Source: Micavibrio sp. UBA2137 (GTDB lineage Bacteria > Pseudomonadota > Alphaproteobacteria > Micavibrionales > Micavibrionaceae). Taken from it: 64,000 nucleotides of DNA. The translations under genes were made by a program, and so were the position numbers. Within the stretch, counting starts at the first letter, position 1. Each line of letters starts with the position of its first letter. Of the stretch, positions 45,951 through 53,261 are shown piece after piece. The notes under the pieces were generated by a model. It was given only the letters and a program-made list of their open reading frames with translations. It had not been told where the DNA came from and searched no databases. The stretch covers positions 32,311 to 96,310 of the forward strand of contig DCXL01000004.1 in assembly GCA_002328415.1 (NCBI GenBank), written 5' to 3'.

Positions 45951-46676
45951 ATGCAAATTAATGCACGCTCGCTTCGCAATTTATCTCTTGCTTTGGGGGT
46001 TTTTGTTACACTCCAGATTGTTTTCTCGCTTGGCATTCGTCCAGAACGTGCCCAATGGGGGAATGTACCAGATGCCCCGAACATAAATGCCTACCAATCA
46101 TCCTTTCTAGGAGACACCTCATTGGCACATCGTATGGTGGGCATGTTGCTCCAGAATTTTGGCGGTTCTGGAGGGCGTGTTGAGTCAATCCATGAGTATG
46201 ATATGCATAAAGTCGCGCAATGGCTTGCGCTTGGTTTTGAATTGGAAGAGCGCTCTAATTATCTTCCCTTTCTGGCGGCCTATTATTTTGGAGCAACAGA
46301 AACGAAATCCGAGCTAGAGCCCCTTATAGATTTTTTGGCAGAAGTTGGCCGTTATGATGATGACGATAATTGGCGGTGGCTTTCCAATGCTGTTTATTTA
46401 GCGCGCTTTCGTGCAGAAAATTTTGAAAAGGCTGTTGTTCTGGCAGACGAATTAGCGACTATGTACAGGCCAGGACGGCCAGCATTAATTGCGCAAATGC
46501 CAGCTTTTATACAATTGCAGATAGGGGATAAGGATGCTGCTTACGCTATTATGCTTGAGCTTATAAAAGAATCATCTGAGACAATGCATCCAAATGAAGT
46601 TAATTTTATGGTTGATTATATCTGCACACGCACACTTTCGCCCAAAAAAGCACTTGAAAATCCACTTTGCCAATGA
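45951..46676 (+). CDS. Membrane-anchored helical-repeat protein, unknown function
   Basis: 241 aa. GAGGAG RBS, N-terminal TM (LSLALGVFVTLQIVFSLGI), TPR-like helical remainder. Starts 9 nt after the permease gene. Confidence 0.4.
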   Translation: MQINARSLRNLSLALGVFVTLQIVFSLGIRPERAQWGNVPDAPNINAYQSSFLGDTSLAHRMVGMLLQNFGGSGGRVESIHEYDMHKVAQWLALGFELEERSNYLPFLAAYYFGATETKSELEPLIDFLAEVGRYDDDDNWRWLSNAVYLARFRAENFEKAVVLADELATMYRPGRPALIAQMPAFIQLQIGDKDAAYAIMLELIKESSETMHPNEVNFMVDYICTRTLSPKKALENPLCQ

Positions 46677-46901
46677 TCGTGATGTAATTAGAACAAATAT
46701 GTCAAAAATGTGGCAAGCTATTGTAGCTAAAGGCCTGTAAATAAATTTATTTTTTCTAATATAGTCCGTTTTTTTATGTTTTATTAAGACATGCCATGTG
46801 AAAATAAAAAGATAAGGGATAATCCCTTGTATGGCATAGAAAATGAAATATACTGTATGTGTCAAAACATTATGCAATTGTGCAACTTCAAGGGGAATAA
46901 A

Positions 46902-47675
46902 ATGACGGAATTTATAAATATTGATCGCAATAAGGACGATGGTTTTACACTGGTTGAACTCGCGATTGTTATGATCATTATCGGTCTTTTGATCGGTGGT
47001 GTTCTTAAGGGACAAGAATTAATTGCCAATGCGGAGGTGACTGCATCCGTGTCTCAGGTAAAGGCGACGGAATCTGCGATGTCAACTTTCCAAGATGCTT
47101 ACGCGAATTTGCCAGGCGATATGACTAACCCTGCCGCGCGTATTCCAAACTGTACAGGCGAATGTGCGCGTGTTGGTAATGCAAACGGCTTGATTGAGCC
47201 ACTTCCAGGGGCTGCACAAACTCTTGCTATGGAGGCGCAAACATTCTGGTCACAGCTTGCTGCTGCTGACATTTTGGGTGGTGTGATAGCAGATTCTCCT
47301 GCGGTTGTTCCTACACCGGGTCAAACACACCCTGAATTTCCATCAGGTGGAGCTCTACGTGTTGGATATCACGTTGGAGGTGTCATTACTGGACAAACAG
47401 CTGCTGCAGGGCAAAGTGCAGGCCACTATGTGAATTCAACTTTAGCATTAGCCAATATTGCCACGAACACACAAGCAGACTCAGCTCTTTCGCCGGGTCA
47501 GGCTTCACGCATTGACTCAAAAATTGACGATGGTCAGCCCAACACAGGAAGTGTTCTTGGTAATGGACAGGCTGCTGCTGGTACAACATCTTGTGCACTT
47601 GGTACAGGTGTGACAGATGTTTATAATACAGCGCAGACAAGTCTTAACTGTAATACGTACATTCGTATAAGATAA
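46902..47675 (+). CDS. pilA: Type IV pilin (major pilin candidate)
   Basis: Class III signal MTEFINIDRNKDDG|FTLVELAIVMIIIGLLIGG with Gly-1, Phe+1, Glu+5. AAGGGGA RBS at the ATG at 46902. 243-aa mature protein with Cys pairs CTGEC and C...C near the C-terminus. Confidence 0.85.
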   Translation: MTEFINIDRNKDDGFTLVELAIVMIIIGLLIGGVLKGQELIANAEVTASVSQVKATESAMSTFQDAYANLPGDMTNPAARIPNCTGECARVGNANGLIEPLPGAAQTLAMEAQTFWSQLAAADILGGVIADSPAVVPTPGQTHPEFPSGGALRVGYHVGGVITGQTAAAGQSAGHYVNSTLALANIATNTQADSALSPGQASRIDSKIDDGQPNTGSVLGNGQAAAGTTSCALGTGVTDVYNTAQTSLNCNTYIRIR

Positions 47676-47696
47676 TATCTTGCGTTATCTGAATTT

Positions 47697-47727
47697 AAAG
47701 AGAGGCTCATTTCAGCCTCTTTTTTTT
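47697..47727 (+). terminator. Rho-independent terminator after the pilin gene
   Basis: agaggct-catttc-agcctct hairpin followed by TTTTTTT. Confidence 0.7.
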
Positions 47728-47729
47728 GT

Positions 47730-48476
47730 TTATTTCTTAACGCCTTTCATCATGGGCGTAATAAGGTCCATCGGAATGGGGAGAACCATTGTATTACCCT
47801 TGGCGTTTGTGAATTCGCCCATTGTGCCTAGATAGCGTAGTTGCATTGTCTCTGGGCGTTTGGCAAGAATTTCAGCGGCGTTATCAAGCTGCTTAGCTGC
47901 TTGAAACTCACCCTCGGCGTTAATGACCTTGGCGCGACGCTCACGCTCGGCCTCAGCCTGCTTGGCAATCGCACGCACCATTGTTGGATCAAGGTCGATA
48001 TGCTTAATCTCGACATTAGTGACTTTGATGCCCCAACCATCAGTTTGTGTATCCAGAATGGTTTGAATATCAGTATTCAACTGCTCACGTTTTGAAAGCA
48101 TATCGTCTAGATCGTGTTTACCGAGCACAGAGCGCAATGTCGTTTGTGCCAGTTGTGAGGTTGCATTATAGAAGTTTTCAACGCGGTTGATCGCATCACC
48201 TGGCTCAACAACGCGATAATACACAACGGCATTCACGCGCACGGAGACGTTATCGCGTGAAATTACATCCTGTGAAGGGATATCCTCGGTTCTAATACGC
48301 ATATCCACGCGCACAAGCTCTTGAATGATAGGTAGGATTAGTTGTAATCCTGGCGCACGTGAACCGCTATATTTACCAAGTGTGTAAACAACGCCACGTT
48401 CATATTCCTTTATGATACGTATTGAAGTGGCCATGAGAATGAATAATCCCAAAAGCACAATGCCTAAGAATGTCAT
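47730..48476 (-). CDS. SPFH/band-7 (stomatin-like) protein
   Basis: 248 aa. N-terminal TM plus a PHB domain (IIKEYERGVVYTLGKY...DVISRDNVSVRVNAVVYYRV). Confidence 0.9.
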   Translation of the reverse strand: MTFLGIVLLGLFILMATSIRIIKEYERGVVYTLGKYSGSRAPGLQLILPIIQELVRVDMRIRTEDIPSQDVISRDNVSVRVNAVVYYRVVEPGDAINRVENFYNATSQLAQTTLRSVLGKHDLDDMLSKREQLNTDIQTILDTQTDGWGIKVTNVEIKHIDLDPTMVRAIAKQAEAERERRAKVINAEGEFQAAKQLDNAAEILAKRPETMQLRYLGTMGEFTNAKGNTMVLPIPMDLITPMMKGVKK

Positions 48477-48498
48477 GGTTTAAGTCCTTTCTATATAA

Positions 48499-48945
48499 CT
48501 ATTTGATTATGAGTGTTAGTCCGTCCGCACGGATAATTTCGACTGTGTCACCTTTAGTGAATGTCGTACTTTTCTCTTGAGGTTCGGCACACCAGATTTC
48601 ACCCTGTACGACAACGGTTTTGTCAGTTTTTGTCCATTGCGCAATTATAGCATCTTTGCCAACAAGGCTCTCTTGCCCTGTCGTAATAGGCTTTTTATAG
48701 GCTTTGCGCACAAACCATGCAGAGACAAGCGTGAAAATTACGGCAACGGCCGCTATGCCCCAGATGGTTGCGGGGTTTATCAAAGCTGTATGGAGGTCAG
48801 GGTTCTCATACATGAGCGATGTGCCAAAACCAAAGGTAATAACGCCGATAAGAGCTAGTGCGCCAAAGGCTGGGATAAAGGCCTCTACAATGACTAAGAG
48901 CACACCAAAGGCGATGAGTAGCTCAATCTGTAATTCTAATGACAT
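48499..48945 (-). CDS. NfeD-family membrane protein
   Basis: 148 aa. Three TM segments plus a C-terminal OB-like domain (VVVQGEIWCAEP...GDTVEIIRADGLTLII). Canonical pairing with the downstream SPFH gene. Confidence 0.8.
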   Translation of the reverse strand: MSLELQIELLIAFGVLLVIVEAFIPAFGALALIGVITFGFGTSLMYENPDLHTALINPATIWGIAAVAVIFTLVSAWFVRKAYKKPITTGQESLVGKDAIIAQWTKTDKTVVVQGEIWCAEPQEKSTTFTKGDTVEIIRADGLTLIIK

Positions 48946-48972
48946 GAAAATAACTTAGAAGTTATATAGTTT

Positions 48973-49686
48973 TTATTCAACCGATAACTTAAAGCGGCGA
49001 TATTCTTGCAAAAGGTCCTTATCAAAAGCGCCTGCATACTTACTGTCTTCACCAATAGCTGCCATACGGTCCAAAGTTTCCTCTGGCGTACGGCGTTCAG
49101 GTTGATGAGGTCGTTGGATGCGGTCACCATCATAGGCGTCCACAATGCAAGCAACTTGCATGATCGTACCCATTTGCTTTCCATCGCATCCCAAAGGTCC
49201 ATTACCATCGAGTCTTTCATGATGATATAGCGCGAGCGCAGGAATAATATTTTGAACGTGAGGATGGCCAAGCAGCAGTGTTTCGTCATCTCTAATGTAG
49301 GTTGCAATAACGTCTAAGGCCCAATCTGTGTGCTTACGCTTAAGTGCACGTTCTTCCTCTGTAGGTCGATGCGGTAGTGACCAAATTTGTGGATCATAAC
49401 GTTTGTCGATTTTACCGATGTCGCTTAGGCGATAAGCATCTTCGAAATTAGTCGCAACATCCTCTGTATAACCTAGAAATTTAAGGAAATTGGCGCCATC
49501 CTTGGAAATGCGTGAAAGGTGAGGTGCAAGTTGATGAGCGCCATATTGTGCCCCATCCGCATCATAGGTTGAAATGTCCCGCCACATTGCCTTTGAAATA
49601 GGTGTCCATGCTTGCCCAAAGGCACTGTCATCGCGCACGGAATAGCTTTTAATAATGGCATCAATATTTAAAGGGGGTCGTGTCAT
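48973..49686 (-). CDS. HD-GYP-like domain protein with degenerate signature residues
   Basis: Start set at the ATG at 49686 (MTRPPLNIDA...). The region LSDIGKI...HHERLDGNGPLG...IVDAYDGD parallels the HD-GYP consensus LHDIGK...HHERxDGxGYP...DxxDA, but with Ser in place of the HD His and GPL in place of GYP. Confidence 0.6.
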   Translation of the reverse strand: MTRPPLNIDAIIKSYSVRDDSAFGQAWTPISKAMWRDISTYDADGAQYGAHQLAPHLSRISKDGANFLKFLGYTEDVATNFEDAYRLSDIGKIDKRYDPQIWSLPHRPTEEERALKRKHTDWALDVIATYIRDDETLLLGHPHVQNIIPALALYHHERLDGNGPLGCDGKQMGTIMQVACIVDAYDGDRIQRPHQPERRTPEETLDRMAAIGEDSKYAGAFDKDLLQEYRRFKLSVE

Positions 49687-49812
49687 AAAACGCTCGATTT
49701 TCCTTTTGTTATAGCCTATTACAAAGCGTCTTATGATAAAAGCAAATAAAAGTTGCATTTTCGATAAGTGTTTGTCATAATCCTGTAAATTTTTTTGATG
49801 TAGGAGAGCATT

Positions 49813-50217
49813 ATGGGTTTAAAAACCACAGGGATTTTTGGTCTAGCAGCAGGCGCGTCATTGTTGGCAGGTTGCGGCGCTTTGGAAGATATTAACATTG
49901 GTGACGCCTGTTATCGCGATGGTGATGGCGTTGTTCACGTTATGAGAGAAGATGAAAATGGTAATCTTCAAGAGTCGCCTTTGTATATGGCTTTTGAGGA
50001 GGGCGCGCCAGAAAATCGCGTTTATTCAGATGGTCGTGAAGAGGGGCCTATGAAAAACAGTGAACTGGACTCAGAAGAACAGCGCACAGGATGGCATCTT
50101 ATGTTTCGGGGTAAGACAACCGACGATGAAGGATATTGCCAGGCTGCTTCGCTTTCTACAGGTGAACTGGATGTCATGCCGGTTGTTAACAGAGCTGACC
50201 TAAGAAGTCCTTCATAA
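49813..50217 (+). CDS. Hypothetical lipoprotein
   Basis: 134 aa with lipobox LLAG-C. No domain recognised. Confidence 0.5.
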   Translation: MGLKTTGIFGLAAGASLLAGCGALEDINIGDACYRDGDGVVHVMREDENGNLQESPLYMAFEEGAPENRVYSDGREEGPMKNSELDSEEQRTGWHLMFRGKTTDDEGYCQAASLSTGELDVMPVVNRADLRSPS

Positions 50218-50759
50218 TGTCTTTGGAAGAAAATAAACCATACGCAGAAGATTATGATGGGATGCACGGCTTACTGATTGATACGCATCAGGCTGATGGC
50301 GCGCCTGAATCTTTTTCATTAAGAGCGGTTGTTGCCTCAACTGTGGCTATTGGAGCCTCTTTAGGTGTTGGTGCGGTTGCCCTTTTACATGGGCCTTCAG
50401 TCTTGGCACGTGAATTTCCAACAATGTACACAGAAGAGGGTATGGCTTGTCTTGTTGATGTCCGTAAGAATATCCAAATAATAGATATGAGTGGCGAAGA
50501 AGATGTGATTATTGGTCGCACCTATGGCGGTGCATTAACATCACAGTCAGGGGCATTCATGCGTGGTGAACTTCTTGACCCTAGAGCGGTTTCAGCTTCG
50601 GAAGTCTTTAGACAAATGGAGGGAGATTTGCCACAACAGCTTTCAGAGGCTTTTGCACTTACAATGAGCTTGGGGCCCGTTGTTGTTGATTTGGAAAAGG
50701 GTGTGTGTCATGCACCAGCAGTCTCGGAACAGCCATTTGAACGTCTCACAGTTCGTTAA
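50217..50759 (+). CDS. Hypothetical membrane-anchored protein
   Basis: 180 aa. TAATG overlap with the upstream lipoprotein gene and one hydrophobic segment (VVASTVAIGASLGVGAVALL). Confidence 0.4.
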   Translation: MSLEENKPYAEDYDGMHGLLIDTHQADGAPESFSLRAVVASTVAIGASLGVGAVALLHGPSVLAREFPTMYTEEGMACLVDVRKNIQIIDMSGEEDVIIGRTYGGALTSQSGAFMRGELLDPRAVSASEVFRQMEGDLPQQLSEAFALTMSLGPVVVDLEKGVCHAPAVSEQPFERLTVR

Positions 50760-50780
50760 TATAAAATGCCCAAGGAAAAC

Positions 50781-50811
50781 AAAACCCCGTTCAAATCTGA
50801 CGGGGTTTTTT
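50781..50811. terminator. Bidirectional rho-independent terminator
   Basis: aaaaccccgt...acggggtttttt between convergent genes (50217-50759 and rplS). Confidence 0.7.
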
Positions 50812-50831
50812 ATTATTCTGGAAAGCTAGAT

Positions 50832-51233
50832 TTAAGCTTTTTTCTTAGGAGCGCGCTGCTCGATACCGTGACCTGTTGTACGCTCACGAATACGGGCTGA
50901 TTTACCGCTAAGGTCGCGCAAGTAGTATAGTTTTGCGCGGCGTACAGAACCACGACGGATAAGCTCGATGCTGTCAATACGTGGTGAGTAAAGTGGGAAT
51001 GTACGCTCAACACCTTCACCGAAGCTGATTTTACGCACTGTAAAGCTTGCCTGCATGCCTGTTCCCTTTCTAGAGATACAAACACCTTCATAAGCCTGAA
51101 CACGTTCACGTGACCCTTCACGGATTTTCACGTTTACTTTAAGTGTATCACCAGGGCTGAAATCTGGAACATTTTTACCTTCGGAAAGGCTGGCTAGTTG
51201 CTTTTCTTCAACTTTTTGAACTGAAATATTCAT
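50832..51233 (-). CDS. rplS: 50S ribosomal protein L19
   Basis: 133 aa. Conserved [31 protein letters not shown]. Confidence 0.95.
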   Translation of the reverse strand: MNISVQKVEEKQLASLSEGKNVPDFSPGDTLKVNVKIREGSRERVQAYEGVCISRKGTGMQASFTVRKISFGEGVERTFPLYSPRIDSIELIRRGSVRRAKLYYLRDLSGKSARIRERTTGHGIEQRAPKKKA

Positions 51234-51380
51234 AACTTTAATCCTTTATAACCGTTTATTTATCAGAACCCGAAATCAGCTTTAATCCTTTAAAAACCGG
51301 CGGTTCATTTATCTTTTTTGAAAACAAGTCTTCAATCAAGCGTCTATATACAGTGATACGTGTTGGAATTGCAAGCCTTT

Positions 51381-52085
51381 TTACGTCTTTTTATCATTCT
51401 TTTTAAGCAGATCTGGTCGTCTTTTGCGCGTTAATTCCAATGATTTTTCCTGACGCCACGCGTTGATATTTTTATGATGCCCACTTTTGAGTGTTTCAGG
51501 TACGGCATGTGTATTTCCATGGGCATCCACCCATGGGTCAGGCTTGGTGTAATGTGGGTACTCTAGCAAGCCATTTGAAAAGCTTTCTTCGTTCACAGTC
51601 TCATTATTGCCCATCACGCCGTCAAGCAGGCGGATACAGGCATCCATGAGGATGATTGCGGCGGGCTCCCCCCCTGAAAGGACGTAATCACCAATACTAA
51701 TTTCCTCAAAATTATGTACATCAAGGACACGCTGATCAACACCCTCATAGCGCCCGCAAAGAAGGGTGAGAGCATCTTCTTGTGCTAATTCTTCCGCCAG
51801 AGATTGGGTGAGAGGTGTGCCGCGTGGGCTTAAGTAAATGTTCCGACCTGGTTTTTTACAGGAGAGGAGGGCGTTTTCAATCACATCAGGGCGCATTACC
51901 ATTCCAGCGCCGCCCCCAAAGGGTGTGTCATCGACCGTGTTATGTTTGTCTGTTGCAAAGTCGCGAATTTGGATGGCCTCGTGCGACCATAAGCCATTTT
52001 CAAGCGCGCGTCCGCTAATGGAGTGTCCAAGTGTGCCTGGAAACATATCGGGAAAAAGGGTGAGTAGATTGACGTGCCAACCCAT
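51381..52085 (-). CDS. trmD: tRNA (guanine37-N1)-methyltransferase
   Basis: 234 aa. LTLFPDMFP, DDTPFGGGAGMVM, GRYEGVDQRV, SIGDYVLSGGE. Confidence 0.95.
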   Translation of the reverse strand: MGWHVNLLTLFPDMFPGTLGHSISGRALENGLWSHEAIQIRDFATDKHNTVDDTPFGGGAGMVMRPDVIENALLSCKKPGRNIYLSPRGTPLTQSLAEELAQEDALTLLCGRYEGVDQRVLDVHNFEEISIGDYVLSGGEPAAIILMDACIRLLDGVMGNNETVNEESFSNGLLEYPHYTKPDPWVDAHGNTHAVPETLKSGHHKNINAWRQEKSLELTRKRRPDLLKKNDKKT

Positions 52086-52087
52086 GA

Positions 52088-52642
52088 TTAAAACCTGTAA
52101 TCTTCAAAATTGGTAACGACAATCGTTTTTGCCTTTAAATCAATGTTACCAGAAAATTCGTCCTTAAAGGGCAGATAGAAGGACTCCCCATCCATGGGTT
52201 TGATCTCCAGCAAATCGCCTGAGCCGAAATTATCGACATTAATGACCTTACCGACAGTTTCGCCCTTATCATCGTAAGCCGTTAAGCCAATGAGGTCTTT
52301 GTAATAAAAGGCGCCATCTTCGGCCTCGGGTAGGGCATCGGCATTGATATAGAGGTCGAGGTTGCGGAGTTTTTCGGCCTCTGTACGGTCAGAAACGCCC
52401 CCAATTTCAACAAGCCACTGATTTTTAATCGGGTTTTTAAGTGTGACATGCAGCGTTTCTGCACCTGTCTCGCTCGTGAAGAGAGGGTTGTAATCTTCAA
52501 TATCATGTGGGTTTTCCATGAAGATTTTGGCACGGACATAGCCTTTTATGCCGTGAGCTGTTGCAATGCGGGCAACGCAGAGGCGTTTTTCAGAAGAAAA
52601 CTCTCCCCCTTGTGAGGAGGAGAGTGTGTCAGATTTAGCCAC
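52088..52642 (-). CDS. rimM: 16S rRNA processing protein RimM
   Basis: 184 aa. HGIKGYVRAKIF, a PRC-barrel C-terminus, and its position in the ffh-rpsP-rimM-trmD-rplS operon. Confidence 0.9.
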   Translation of the reverse strand: MAKSDTLSSSQGGEFSSEKRLCVARIATAHGIKGYVRAKIFMENPHDIEDYNPLFTSETGAETLHVTLKNPIKNQWLVEIGGVSDRTEAEKLRNLDLYINADALPEAEDGAFYYKDLIGLTAYDDKGETVGKVINVDNFGSGDLLEIKPMDGESFYLPFKDEFSGNIDLKAKTIVVTNFEDYRF

Positions 52643-52648
52643 GAGGGA

Positions 52649-53176
52649 TTAAGACGCTTTTTCAGCGTCTTCAGCTGGAGCTTCCTCAGCAGGGGCGTCT
52701 TCGGCCTTTGCTTCCTCAGCAGGCGCTTCATCAGCTGTTTCTTCAGCAGAAGTTTCCTCAGCTGGTGCTTCCTCAGCAGGTGCTTCAGCGGCGGCTTTTG
52801 CCTCTTCTTCGGCTTGCTTAGCTGCTTCTTGAGCTGCTTTTGCCTTTTCTTCTTTTTCTTTAATACGCTCTTGCGCCTTTGCTTTAGGCTGTGATTTTTG
52901 TGGGCGGTTACGCTGTTCAGGCATGTCTGCAAGACCTGCTTGACCTAGGAAACGTGCGACACGCTCAGATGGTTTTGCACCTTGTGAAAGCCAGTATGTG
53001 ATGCGTTCGCCGTTCAATTTAACGCGCTGATCATTATCGCTTTTTAGAAGTGGGTTGTATGTTCCCAATTTCTCAATGAAGCGTCCATCACGTGGTTTAC
53101 GTGAATCTGCCACAACGATTGAGTAATGCGGTCTGTTTTTACGTCCTCCGCGAGACAGTCTGATTGCAAGTGCCAT
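52649..53176 (-). CDS. rpsP: 30S ribosomal protein S16 with an Ala/Glu/Pro/Lys-rich C-terminal extension
   Basis: N-terminus [42 protein letters not shown]. The C-terminal ~85 aa are low complexity. Confidence 0.95.
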   Translation of the reverse strand: MALAIRLSRGGRKNRPHYSIVVADSRKPRDGRFIEKLGTYNPLLKSDNDQRVKLNGERITYWLSQGAKPSERVARFLGQAGLADMPEQRNRPQKSQPKAKAQERIKEKEEKAKAAQEAAKQAEEEAKAAAEAPAEEAPAEETSAEETADEAPAEEAKAEDAPAEEAPAEDAEKAS

Positions 53177-53261
53177 AGTTTTTCTCCTTTTATAAACTCT
53201 CTAATTAACTCATCAGATTATCCGATGACCCTGTATTCAAGGCCATCAGGGAATATGATGT

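Noticed and set aside
46711-46727. Possible sigma-54 promoter (TGGCAAGCTATTGTAGC) upstream of the pilin gene
   Set aside because: The -24 GG is present, but the -12 element is TGTA instead of TTGC. It lies ~175 nt from the ATG, and no PilR-type activator gene is in the window. The evidence is too weak to call.
52546-52932. 128-aa Lys/Leu-rich ORF over the rpsP tail, and the 180-aa and 131-aa ORFs antisense to ffh (53446-53988, 53826-54218)
   Set aside because: Shadow ORFs generated by repetitive GC-skewed coding sequence. There are no RBSs, and they lie inside conserved genes.
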